Source: Bacillota bacterium (GTDB lineage Bacteria > Bacillota > Clostridia > Acetivibrionales > DTU013). From it: a stretch of 64,000 bases of DNA. Location: positions 37,313-101,312 of the forward strand of contig JAEXNT010000019.1 in assembly GCA_023439545.1 (NCBI GenBank), read 5' to 3'. The number at the start of each line of letters is the position of its first letter. Position 1 is the first letter of the stretch. The position numbers and the translations under genes are program-made. A model generated the notes under the pieces. It searched no databases. It saw only the letters and a list, made by a program, of their open reading frames with translations, and had not been told where the DNA came from. Shown one piece after another: positions 28,106 through 36,727 of this stretch.

Positions 28106-28883
28106 TATATATTTTTTTCATCATGTTTTTTGCAATACCTGCAATACAGGCAACAGCGACCTTTTTGAAGATATTGATCCTGACCGGGTAATAGAAAGCC
28201 TTGTTCCACAGCTGCTTTTCGCTCCAGTATTCATAATCCTGCGGGTTCGAATCCTTGCAGGCTTTTGCGTTCATCTTCCATATATTGAACATCATGAGCC
28301 TGCCTACACTTGGTATCTGTGGCCTGTTGCCTCTTGTCTCCCTCAGGAAGAGCTCAGCCTTCTTGTGTATATCCCGATCGCATTTAGACCTGTATGCGGG
28401 TTTGAGCGCCTCGTAATGCGGTATGCCGAGCTCGCCCATCCATGTGCCGCCCCAGCTCTCCACATTTGTCCTCAGCAGCTTGAAGACTTCCTTGAACATG
28501 CCTCCGCCGCTCGATATGCCGAAAAATTTGACCCCGAACATTTCAGGCCTGTGCCAGAGAAAAGTAAAGTAGTCGAGGAACTTTTTCATCAACGATGTTA
28601 CGCTCTGGTTATAGACAGGCGACGCAAGTATGATCGCATCCGCCGAGAGCATTTTCCCCTGAAGCTCTTTTACTCTGGCGCTTTCCTTGCAATAATCGCG
28701 GCCTTTCAAAATACAGTTATGGCAGCCGACACAATCCGAAAACCCTTCCCTGGCAAGCATCATATACTCGACGTCCACTTCCTCGGTCTTTGCCAATTCA
28801 CCGGCAAATCTATTTACCGCCTGGTATGTTTCACCCTTCCTCGGACTTCCGATAATAGCCAGAATTTTTTTCATTTTAAACAC
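28086..28883 (-). CDS. Flavodoxin-like NAD(P)H-dependent FMN reductase / iron-sulfur flavoprotein
   Basis: MKKILAIIGSPRKGETY flavodoxin-fold start, plus the Cys cluster CVGCHNC...C. Confidence 0.75.
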   Translation of the reverse strand: MFKMKKILAIIGSPRKGETYQAVNRFAGELAKTEEVDVEYMMLAREGFSDCVGCHNCILKGRDYCKESARVKELQGKMLSADAIILASPVYNQSVTSLMKKFLDYFTFLWHRPEMFGVKFFGISSGGGMFKEVFKLLRTNVESWGGTWMGELGIPHYEALKPAYRSKCDRDIHKKAELFLRETRGNRPQIPSVGRLMMFNIWKMNAKACKDSNPQDYEYWSEKQLWNKAFYYPVRINIFKKVAVACIAGIAKNMMKKIYIGYDEV

Positions 28884-28912
28884 CCCTCGAATAACTCTGC
28901 TTACTCTTAATC

Positions 28913-28963
28913 ATACTAACAACTGTTAGTCTAATCGTATACTAACAGTCGTTAGTATGTCAA
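28913..28963 (-). promoter_or_regulatory. Two palindromic operators overlapping the flavoprotein-tetR promoter
   Basis: ATACTAAC-aact-GTTAGTct lies at 28913-28932. ATACTAAC-agtc-GTTAGTAT (perfect 8-bp arms) lies at 28939-28958. The gene-strand -35 TTGACA (28958-28963) abuts the second operator. Confidence 0.7.
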
Positions 28964-29162
28964 GGAGGTTTTTACATAAAATACACTGGTATCGCAAAAT
29001 GCGGTAAAGACTTACACAAGGGTTAAAGTTGAACTGGCAGAAATAATATTATATACTATTCCAATACGCTGAGTTATCAAAAAGACTAGTGATACCGGCT
29101 TATGCCGGCATTGTATCGTCTGCTCTGAGAAGCTGCACAGACAGACGTATTGAGGAGACTAT

Positions 29163-30245
29163 ATGCTTTATCCATTGAAGTTTAAACCATTGTATAAAGA
29201 CTACGTATGGGGCGGAAGAAATCTGGCGCTGCTCGGCAAGAGCCTTCCTGATGAAGGGATCGTCGCCGAGAGCTGGGAGGTAGCCTGTCATAAGAACGGC
29301 ACAAGTATTATCGCAAACGGGGAATACGAAGGCGTTTCGCTTACGGAGCTGATTAAGCAGCTCGGACGGCCGCTGGTCGGCGCTTCGCTTTCTCAGAAGG
29401 ACGTCGACAAGTTCCCGCTTCTGGTCAAATTCATAGACGCCGAAAATAATCTTTCGGTACAGGTGCACCCCGATGATACCTTTGCCAGGAAATATGAAAA
29501 CGGTGAAAACGGTAAAAACGAAATGTGGTATATAGTAAGCGCCATGCCGGGTGCAAAACTGGTGTATGACGTAGTCCCAGGCACCACACGTGATAAATTC
29601 GCGGCAGCACTTGAAGAAAACTATGTGGAGAGCTGTCTTAAGACTGTAGAAGTATTTTCGGGCGACGTAATCGACATACCTGCGGGGGTAGTGCACGCTA
29701 TCGGCAAGGGTATCATACTGGCCGAGGTACAGCAAAATTCCGATACGACATACAGAGTGTATGATTATGGCCGTGTCGGGAGAGAGCTGCACATTGAAAA
29801 AGCGCTTCAGGTAATTGATTTCGACTCGAAAGGCCGTCTTGAAAAATATACGGGCATCAGGTTGCCGCTGGGCAGCGGATGTTCAAAAAGAATCGTCATA
29901 GCCAATCAGTTTTTCTGCACCGAAGTATATGATATAAGGGGCAGCGTTACGGAAAAAGCTGATGGGAGCAAGTTTGCCATTTATGTATTTACATTGGGCA
30001 GTGGAATAATAAGCTGGAAGAATAACGGGCAACAATGCGAATTGACGGTGCGTGCCGGCGACTCCGTACTCATTCCGGCCACATTGGGTGATTACGTGAT
30101 TAGCGGCTCTTTTTCGGCAATAAAAACGTATTTACCCAACATCGAGTCGGATGTCCTGGAGCCACTGCTAAGTGCGGGGATGACTATAGAAGATATCATA
30201 ACCCGTATAGGAGGAATAAAATCGTTTATCACATCCAATAAATAA
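29163..30245 (+). CDS. manA: Class I mannose-6-phosphate isomerase (cupin)
   Basis: MLYPLKFKPLYKDYVWGGRNL, SWEVACH, LSVQVHPDD and the cupin His (GVVHAIG). Confidence 0.85.
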   Translation: MLYPLKFKPLYKDYVWGGRNLALLGKSLPDEGIVAESWEVACHKNGTSIIANGEYEGVSLTELIKQLGRPLVGASLSQKDVDKFPLLVKFIDAENNLSVQVHPDDTFARKYENGENGKNEMWYIVSAMPGAKLVYDVVPGTTRDKFAAALEENYVESCLKTVEVFSGDVIDIPAGVVHAIGKGIILAEVQQNSDTTYRVYDYGRVGRELHIEKALQVIDFDSKGRLEKYTGIRLPLGSGCSKRIVIANQFFCTEVYDIRGSVTEKADGSKFAIYVFTLGSGIISWKNNGQQCELTVRAGDSVLIPATLGDYVISGSFSAIKTYLPNIESDVLEPLLSAGMTIEDIITRIGGIKSFITSNK

Positions 30246-30418
30246 TACAATACGAGTAAGCCCGGATATGGCCTTTCGAAAAAAAGCGAAATTTGTCGAA
30301 ATGTTTTCCTTACATTTTTTGTATAATAGTTTCCATTTATTTCATTCCTGTGATATACTACCATATGGTTCTATACATATTTTGTAAATATATGGTATTA
30401 TTAGCGGAGTAATGCAAA

Positions 30419-31168
30419 ATGAACAAAAATAGCAATGTTACCTATTGGAGCAGAACGTTACTCATTATTGCGGGCGTCTGCTTCGGTTTCGCAGTTTTCC
30501 TCATTTCAAACAATGTGGCAAATGGAAGCCATATTGTCTGGAGCATAATAACAGCTATACTCTCCGGGTTTTTAGCAAGTTATGTTTCCATAGTCACAAT
30601 GTATTATCTTTCTTACAAAAGAACCGTAAAATCCGTAGATATAAAAGACAAAAGCAACACAGACACTCCTGACGACGATTTCAACAGAGGGTTCCTCGAC
30701 CAGTTTCTCGATAGCGAGGTCGAAGCGGCAAAAGCCGAAGATAAGCCGGTTAGCGTCATAATGGCCGATCTGGACCATTTCAAGGAAATAAACGGCATGT
30801 ATGGGCGTATTGTCGGCGACCATATCCTTGCGATCTTCGCACAGGCTGTATTGAGATGCTTGAGACCGACCGATTTCATAGCCCGTTACGGAGGAGACCA
30901 GATAATAATCGTCCTCCCGGACACTGATGTAGAAGCCGCTAAAAAAGTTGCGGAGCAGCTCCGGGAGGAAGTTTCGAAGACATACGTACCACCAGTGGAC
31001 GGAGTCGTTATATCTTCAATTTACTGCAGTACCGGCGTATCTGCCTACCCGACACTGAGTGACGATAGACGCACGCTGGTCAGGACATCCGAGCTCGCTC
31101 TCCGTCTTGCCAAGCAATCGGGCAGAAATTGTACAAAGGTCTATAATCGGGAAATTTCAATCAGTTGA
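30419..31168 (+). CDS. Membrane-anchored GGDEF-domain protein with degenerate active site (GGDQI) and intact RxxD I-site
   Basis: Two N-terminal TM helices. The GGDEF fold shows DLDHFKEINGMYGR (canonical ND..GH is altered) and RPTDFIARYGGDQIIIVL. Confidence 0.8.
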   Translation: MNKNSNVTYWSRTLLIIAGVCFGFAVFLISNNVANGSHIVWSIITAILSGFLASYVSIVTMYYLSYKRTVKSVDIKDKSNTDTPDDDFNRGFLDQFLDSEVEAAKAEDKPVSVIMADLDHFKEINGMYGRIVGDHILAIFAQAVLRCLRPTDFIARYGGDQIIIVLPDTDVEAAKKVAEQLREEVSKTYVPPVDGVVISSIYCSTGVSAYPTLSDDRRTLVRTSELALRLAKQSGRNCTKVYNREISIS

Positions 31169-31180
31169 ACTTGAATTATA

Positions 31181-31219
31181 AAAGGCTGGTTTACGATTTA
31201 TGCAAGCCAGCCTTTTTTT
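31181..31219 (+). terminator. Rho-independent terminator after the GGDEF gene
   Basis: AAAAGGCTGG-N17-CCAGCCTTTTTTT. Confidence 0.8.
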
Positions 31220-31243
31220 ATGGAATATAGCAAAGTCTTGTTC

Positions 31244-31279
31244 AAAAAAACGCAAGTACTCGAAGCACTTGCGTTTTTT
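31244..31279 (-). terminator. Rho-independent terminator after the GGGtGRT gene (bidirectional geometry)
   Basis: A7-CGCAAGT-N9-ACTTGCG-T6. On the gene strand a T7 run follows the hairpin. Confidence 0.8.
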
Positions 31280-31296
31280 ATTTACTGTTTGTGCTC

Positions 31297-32295
31297 TTAT
31301 TTCATAGCCTCTTCGATTGCAACCGCAACTGCGACCGTTGCGCCGACCATCGGGTTGTTACCCATTCCGAGGAAGCCCATCATTTCAACATGCGCCGGTA
31401 CTGATGAGGAACCTGCGAACTGTGCGTCGGAGTGCATCCTGCCCATGGTGTCTGTCATACCGTAGGAAGCCGGGCCTGCAGCCATGTTGTCCGGATGCAG
31501 CGTTCTGCCCGTACCGCCGCCTGAGGCGACCGAGAAGTACTTTTTGCCCATTTCGTAGCATTCCTTCTTGTAAGTACCTGCCACAGGGTGCTGGAACCTT
31601 GTCGGGTTTGTGGAGTTACCCGTGATGGAAACGTCCACGCCCTCAAGATGCATTATGGCAACGCCTTCTCTTACATCGTCCGCGCCGTAGCATCTTACCT
31701 TCGCTCTCTCACCTTCAGAGTATTTGAACTCCTTAACGATATCGAGCTTGCCGGTATAGTAATCAAACTTGGTCTGGACGTAAGTAAAACCGTTGATCCT
31801 CGAAATGATCTGAGCTGCGTCCTTACCAAGTCCGTTGAGTATTACCTTGAGCGGTTCGGTCCTGACCTTGTTGGCGGATCTTGCAATACCGATGGCGCCT
31901 TCAGCTGCTGCGAAGGATTCATGCCCCGCAAGGAATGCGAAACACTTGGTTTGTTCACGGAGCAGCATTGCGCCGAGATTGCCGTGGCCCAGACCGACTT
32001 TTCTGTCATCCGCAACGGAACCGGGGATACAGAATGCCTGCAGTCCTTCTCCTATAATCTCTGCAGCGTCGGCAGCCTTTCTGCAGCCTCTCTTTATAGC
32101 GATCGCAGCGCCAACGACATATGCCCACGCGGCGTTTTCAAAGCAGATAGGCTGGATACCCTTTGTGATCGTATAGGGATCGATTCCCTTGTCGTCACAT
32201 ATTTTCTTCGCTTCATCTATGGATGCAATGCCATTTTTGTTCAATACAGCATTGATCTGGTTTATTCTTCTTTCATAGCTTTCAAACAATGCCAT
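31297..32295 (-). CDS. GGGtGRT family protein (function unknown)
   Basis: 332 aa. It contains the eponymous motif SGGGTGRTLHPDN and the conserved N-terminus MALFESYERRINQIN. Confidence 0.8.
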   Translation of the reverse strand: MALFESYERRINQINAVLNKNGIASIDEAKKICDDKGIDPYTITKGIQPICFENAAWAYVVGAAIAIKRGCRKAADAAEIIGEGLQAFCIPGSVADDRKVGLGHGNLGAMLLREQTKCFAFLAGHESFAAAEGAIGIARSANKVRTEPLKVILNGLGKDAAQIISRINGFTYVQTKFDYYTGKLDIVKEFKYSEGERAKVRCYGADDVREGVAIMHLEGVDVSITGNSTNPTRFQHPVAGTYKKECYEMGKKYFSVASGGGTGRTLHPDNMAAGPASYGMTDTMGRMHSDAQFAGSSSVPAHVEMMGFLGMGNNPMVGATVAVAVAIEEAMK

Positions 32296-32313
32296 GTCTT
32301 TGACCCTCCCCCA

Positions 32314-33006
32314 TTATTCTTCTCTAGGATCGATGACCCTGACAGCTTCATCGAACCGGCCATACTTGCTCGTTGCCTTCTTTACGGCCTCATTGGCGTC
32401 CATACCCTTTTTGACCATATCCATCATTTTGCCGAGGTGCACGAACTCATAGCCAATGATCTCATTGTTGGCGTCCAGCGCCGTGTGAGTGACATAGCCT
32501 TCAGCCATTTCGAGGTATCTGGGTCCTTTTGCGAGTGTGCCGAACATGGTGCCCACCTGGCTCCTGAGTCCTTTCCCGAGATCCTCGAGGCCTGCCCCTA
32601 TGGGAAGTCCGCCTTCGGAGAATGCGGTCTGTGTCCTGCCGTAAGCGATCTGGAGGAACAGCTCCCTCATTGCCGTATTGATAGCGTCGCAAACCAGGTC
32701 AGTGTTCAATGCTTCCAGAATAGTCTTACCGGGCAGTATTTCAGCAGACATGGCAGCGGAATGCGTCATTCCCGAGCAGCCTAACGTTTCCACCAAAGCT
32801 TCCTGGATCACACCATCCTTGACATTCAATGTAAGCTTGCAGGCTCCCTGCTGAGGTGCGCACCAGCCGACACCGTGCGTAAGGCCCGATATGTCCTTGA
32901 TTTCCTTCGCCTGTATCCATTTCCCTTCTTCGGGGATTGGCGCCGGTCCGTGATTGGGTCCCTTTGCCACACACGTCATTCTTTCAACTTCATGTGAATA
33001 AATCAT
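32314..33006 (-). CDS. NifU/IscU-like N-terminal-domain protein with C-terminal extension
   Basis: Scaffold-like Cys residues (GWCAPQQGACKL, LGCSGM). An AAGGGG RBS precedes the ATG at 33004-33006. It lies 18 nt upstream of the GGGtGRT gene. Confidence 0.7.
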   Translation of the reverse strand: MIYSHEVERMTCVAKGPNHGPAPIPEEGKWIQAKEIKDISGLTHGVGWCAPQQGACKLTLNVKDGVIQEALVETLGCSGMTHSAAMSAEILPGKTILEALNTDLVCDAINTAMRELFLQIAYGRTQTAFSEGGLPIGAGLEDLGKGLRSQVGTMFGTLAKGPRYLEMAEGYVTHTALDANNEIIGYEFVHLGKMMDMVKKGMDANEAVKKATSKYGRFDEAVRVIDPREE

Positions 33007-33309
33007 TCTATGACCCCTTTCCATGTGCAAATTAGATATAGATTATCTATGTTCTGGCTTTTGCCGGATTTGCATTTTGTGCAAAGCATGGCATTAATGC
33101 CAACAACTATTTTACTATAATATTACCCAAAAGTATATGTGAATTTTTTATCACACAACCGGTCCTTACATGGTTGAATTTGTCACTTATCCTTGAAATA
33201 GGGCTTCCTATTTGTTACGATGTATTTACATTATTTGCGAAAAGCTAAGGTCGTATAAAGCCTAAGTTAAACGTCAGTTATGTTTAGACGATTCCCAAAG
33301 GAGCAGAGC

Positions 33310-34956
33310 ATGGACAGCGAAAGCATCAACAGTGCGCAGGGTGCGATAGGTTTGAACCAGGCAGGTTACCGGCCGGGCGATGAAAAGCTGGCGTTTGTGG
33401 TTTCACAGGCGCGCACCTTTACCGTTTACAATACAATGGACGAACCTGTTTTCTCAGGGCGTATTCAGCCTTCTTCGTCCGATGCCGTCGAAACTCTTCC
33501 CATTGACGAAAAAAACGGAGAAGCCCCGGGCAGTGCGGACTTTTCCAGCATCACGGCAGAGGGCAGCTACTACCTGGTCGCAGGTACTGAAAAATCACCT
33601 GCTTTTACGATTGGCGGTGAGGTTTACGGGACGTTGACAGCCGCGGCGCTGAAGGTCTTTTATTATCAACGCTGCGGTGGGGACGGTCTGGACGGGAAGT
33701 ATGCCGGTCCGGTCTTTGCACACGAACCCTGCCATATGGGGCCCGCCAGATATTTCGACGAGTCTGATCCAACCTTTGGGAGCATTGTTGCCGACGTATC
33801 AGGCGGCTGGCATGATGCGGGGGATTACGGGCGTTATGCATCGCCTGCAGCTAAGGCAGTCGTCGATCTTTTACTGGCCTGCGAGTACTTTCCGTCCATT
33901 GCGGACATGGATTTCAGCGGTCCCCTAAAATTATACGGAGAAGTGCGCCATGAACTGGAATGGCTGCTCAGGATGCAGAACCCGGGAACGGGAGGAGTAT
34001 TCCACAAGGTCACGACGCAGGTCCATGCAAACAGCGCATGCCCTCCCGAGGACGACCATGCGCAGCTTTACCTCTCCCCCATATCCGCACAGGCGACAGG
34101 CGGGTTTGCTGCCGCGACGGCTCACGCGGCACGCGTTTACCGCAAGCTTGACTCCGGCTTCGCCGACGCCTGCCTGTCCGCTGCGATCAAGGCCTGGAAA
34201 TGGCTCGAAAACAACCCGGGCGTCAACGAATACAAGGATCCCTCCTTCTTCCGCACCGGAGCCTATAACGATACTAGCGCCGGGGACGAACGCTGGTGGG
34301 CGGCTGCAGAGCTGTATGGTACAACAGGAGACGCGTCATATCTCGGCTATATGTCGGCGGCGCCGCTTCCTGCCCACGGTTTTGGGTGGGCCGATATGGG
34401 CTCGTATGCCATGATTGCGTTCCTTACGGCTAAAAATACGGATCACGGAAGCGAACTGTATAAAAAGGTCAGGGAGTATTACCTGAAGGAGGCGGACAGG
34501 CTGGTAAGCGTCTCCGGTAAGGAAGACTACAGAATCTGTATCGAACATTATGTCTGGGGGAGCAACATGCATGTTGCAAACAACGCAATGGCGCTGATAA
34601 TCGCCGACAGGCTGAATGCGGATAAAAAATACCGTCAGGCCGCTCTAGACCATTTTCACTATCTGCTGGGCCGAAATGCTATCGGTATGAGCTATGTAAC
34701 GGGTTTCGGCGAAAACGCGCCGCGGCGCCCCCATCACAGGCCGTCGATGATATCCGGGCAGGCTGTGCCGGGAATGCTTGTTGGAGGTCCCTTTGAACGC
34801 ATCTGGGCGCTTGAAAGGGATCCCGCGTCGAAACTGTTCAGCGAAAGCACACCCCCCGCAAAATGCTACACGGACGTATGGGAGAGCTTTTCAACCAACG
34901 AGATCTGCATCTATTGGAATTCTCCGCTTGTTTTCATACTTGGCTGGCTGAATTGA
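33310..34956 (+). CDS. Glycoside hydrolase family 9 with N-terminal Ig-like (CelD_N) domain, no signal peptide
   Basis: GH9 signatures GGWHDAGDYGRY and HHRPS, plus the terminal catalytic region EICIYWNSPLV. AAGGAG lies 6 nt before the ATG at 33310. Confidence 0.85.
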   Translation: MDSESINSAQGAIGLNQAGYRPGDEKLAFVVSQARTFTVYNTMDEPVFSGRIQPSSSDAVETLPIDEKNGEAPGSADFSSITAEGSYYLVAGTEKSPAFTIGGEVYGTLTAAALKVFYYQRCGGDGLDGKYAGPVFAHEPCHMGPARYFDESDPTFGSIVADVSGGWHDAGDYGRYASPAAKAVVDLLLACEYFPSIADMDFSGPLKLYGEVRHELEWLLRMQNPGTGGVFHKVTTQVHANSACPPEDDHAQLYLSPISAQATGGFAAATAHAARVYRKLDSGFADACLSAAIKAWKWLENNPGVNEYKDPSFFRTGAYNDTSAGDERWWAAAELYGTTGDASYLGYMSAAPLPAHGFGWADMGSYAMIAFLTAKNTDHGSELYKKVREYYLKEADRLVSVSGKEDYRICIEHYVWGSNMHVANNAMALIIADRLNADKKYRQAALDHFHYLLGRNAIGMSYVTGFGENAPRRPHHRPSMISGQAVPGMLVGGPFERIWALERDPASKLFSESTPPAKCYTDVWESFSTNEICIYWNSPLVFILGWLN

Positions 34957-35057
34957 CGTATAATGTCATGAAGAACTGAAGAAATACATAAGAGGGTAAA
35001 TCCGTCGAATACTATGGGCCGTGCCCGGAAGGAGGCTTAGGAAGCGTGGAGGATACG

Positions 35058-35534
35058 ATGATATACCGCAGGGCAACGCTTAAGGACATTGACGAATTGG
35101 TCGAATGCAGGCTGGAAATGCGGCTTGAACGGGAAGCCGGCAATATGGCCATGGGTATTGAGGAATTCCGGAGCAGGAATTATGACTATTTTAAAAACCA
35201 TTTGCCGGACAACAGTTTTATTTCCTGGATAGCCCTGGACGAGGGCAATATAGTGGCGACGAGCGGTCTGTGCTTCTTTAGTGCGCCGCCCACCTTCAGC
35301 AACCCTTCAGGCAACACGGCATATGTAATGAATATTTACACAAAACCCGGATACAGGAATAGAGGCCTCGCCTCAAAGCTTATGGGACACATAATACGGG
35401 AGGCTAAATCGAGGAAATGCGGTAAGCTCACGCTGCACGCCTCCGATATGGGCCGGCCTATATACGAAAAGCTCGGTTTCAGGAACGTCGGCGGCAACAT
35501 GGAACTATATGTTGATGAAGCAAGTATTGTTTGA
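35058..35534 (+). CDS. GNAT family N-acetyltransferase
   Basis: Acetyl-CoA binding motif YRNRGLASKLMGHII. The ORF is open from 35046. Confidence 0.8.
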   Translation: MIYRRATLKDIDELVECRLEMRLEREAGNMAMGIEEFRSRNYDYFKNHLPDNSFISWIALDEGNIVATSGLCFFSAPPTFSNPSGNTAYVMNIYTKPGYRNRGLASKLMGHIIREAKSRKCGKLTLHASDMGRPIYEKLGFRNVGGNMELYVDEASIV

Positions 35535-35592
35535 TACAATTCTAGCGAATGTAAGTTTATACCAAATATGATTAATCGAAGGAGTGGCATTT

Positions 35593-35733
35593 ATGATGAT
35601 GGCAGGCAGTATTTTCATAGTACTTTTATACGGTATCCTCCTGGTTCTCGGAATAGGCATGTTCATTCTTCTGTTTGTTCTCGGAATAAAGGCTTTGAGG
35701 GCTTTGGATATCTATATCAGGAAGAATCAATAG
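35593..35733 (+). CDS. 46-aa hydrophobic small protein (not in ORF track)
   Basis: AAGGAG lies 8 nt before ATG. The translation is MMMAGSIFIVLLYGILLVLGIGMFILLFVLGIKALRALDIYIRKNQ, one long TM segment with a basic tail. Confidence 0.5.
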   Translation: MMMAGSIFIVLLYGILLVLGIGMFILLFVLGIKALRALDIYIRKNQ

Positions 35734-35750
35734 AAACATGGGGTGAGGTC

Positions 35751-36200
35751 ATGGCAAAGATATCGAAGGAACGCAAGGCCACATATTATATCGGACTGTG
35801 TATGATAATTATCGGGTTGATGCTCTTTTTCTCAGTATTCATATCGGTAGCCTTTTCCATTGCAAATCCGTCAGACTTTAGTATTCCGCCCTTTCAGAAC
35901 GGCGTATTCGGGTTTATACTAATAGTTGCCGGCGGTTTCGTCATGAATATAGGCGCCAAAGGCGCCGCGGGCTCCGGGCTCCTTCTGGACCCTGAGAAGG
36001 CTAGAGAGGACCTGAAACCATTCAACGAAGCAAAGGGCGAAATGATCAACGATGTAATCAGCAATATCGGCGTTGTCGAAGAGCTCGTCAAGCCTCGTGA
36101 ACACGAAGAAAAAGAGATCATAAAGATCAAATGCCGGAGCTGTGGGGCTCTAAATGATGAAGATGCAAAGTTCTGCAAGGGCTGCGGAGGCGAGCTGTAA
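35751..36200 (+). CDS. Membrane protein with C-terminal zinc-ribbon
   Basis: GGTGAGG lies before the ATG at 35751. It has two TM helices and then CRSCGALNDEDAKFCKGCGGEL. The track's 35568 start reads through the small ORF in another frame. Confidence 0.65.
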   Translation: MAKISKERKATYYIGLCMIIIGLMLFFSVFISVAFSIANPSDFSIPPFQNGVFGFILIVAGGFVMNIGAKGAAGSGLLLDPEKAREDLKPFNEAKGEMINDVISNIGVVEELVKPREHEEKEIIKIKCRSCGALNDEDAKFCKGCGGEL

Positions 36201-36325
36201 TTCAAACAGTTGAAGTAAGGCGAACTGTAATTTATGCAGGTGCAGTTGAAGTAAGACAAGCTTTAATTCAAGCGGCCGAAGTCCGGGCAGACCGGAAATG
36301 CAGGGATGCAACGCAGGAGTTCTGA

Positions 36326-36709
36326 ATGACTACGGATGAGATAATAAAGTACTGTCTTTCAAAAAATGGAGCATACGTGGATTTCCCGTTCGGCGACACA
36401 CCTATGTGCATAAAGGTCTTAAACAGGCTTTTTGCGCAGATCTATCCCAAGCCGGAGGCTCGCAGGATAACCCTGAACTGCGACAGGGCTGCGGGTGAAT
36501 TCTACAGAAATGTCTATCCGGGCACGGTCATAAGGGGTTATCACTGTCCCCCCATACAACAGCCGTATTTCAATACGGTCCTTTTGGACAGGGATATTTC
36601 CGATGATGAGCTTCAAGCGATGATCGACCACTCCTATTCAACAGTAGTCGGTAAACTGCCGAAGAAACAAAGAGAAGACCTTCTATCCGGCAAATCCGAG
36701 AATATGTAA
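36326..36709 (+). CDS. MmcQ/YjbR family DNA-binding protein
   Basis: The pattern IKYCLSKNGAYVDFPFGDTPMCIKVLNRLFAQIY is typical of the family. Confidence 0.8.
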   Translation: MTTDEIIKYCLSKNGAYVDFPFGDTPMCIKVLNRLFAQIYPKPEARRITLNCDRAAGEFYRNVYPGTVIRGYHCPPIQQPYFNTVLLDRDISDDELQAMIDHSYSTVVGKLPKKQREDLLSGKSENM

Positions 36710-36727
36710 GGCACAAGGCGGTGTAAA

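Noticed and set aside
33138-33155. Rex or CRP/FNR binding site
   Set aside because: The arms TGTGA/TCACA are separated by 8 nt rather than the 6 nt needed for CRP or Rex-type spacing. I reported it only as an unassigned palindrome.
35568-35750. N-terminal 61 aa of the 210-aa ORF-track call
   Set aside because: This segment overlaps, out of frame, a better-supported 46-aa ORF that has a strong RBS. The downstream protein has its own RBS and ATG at 35751.
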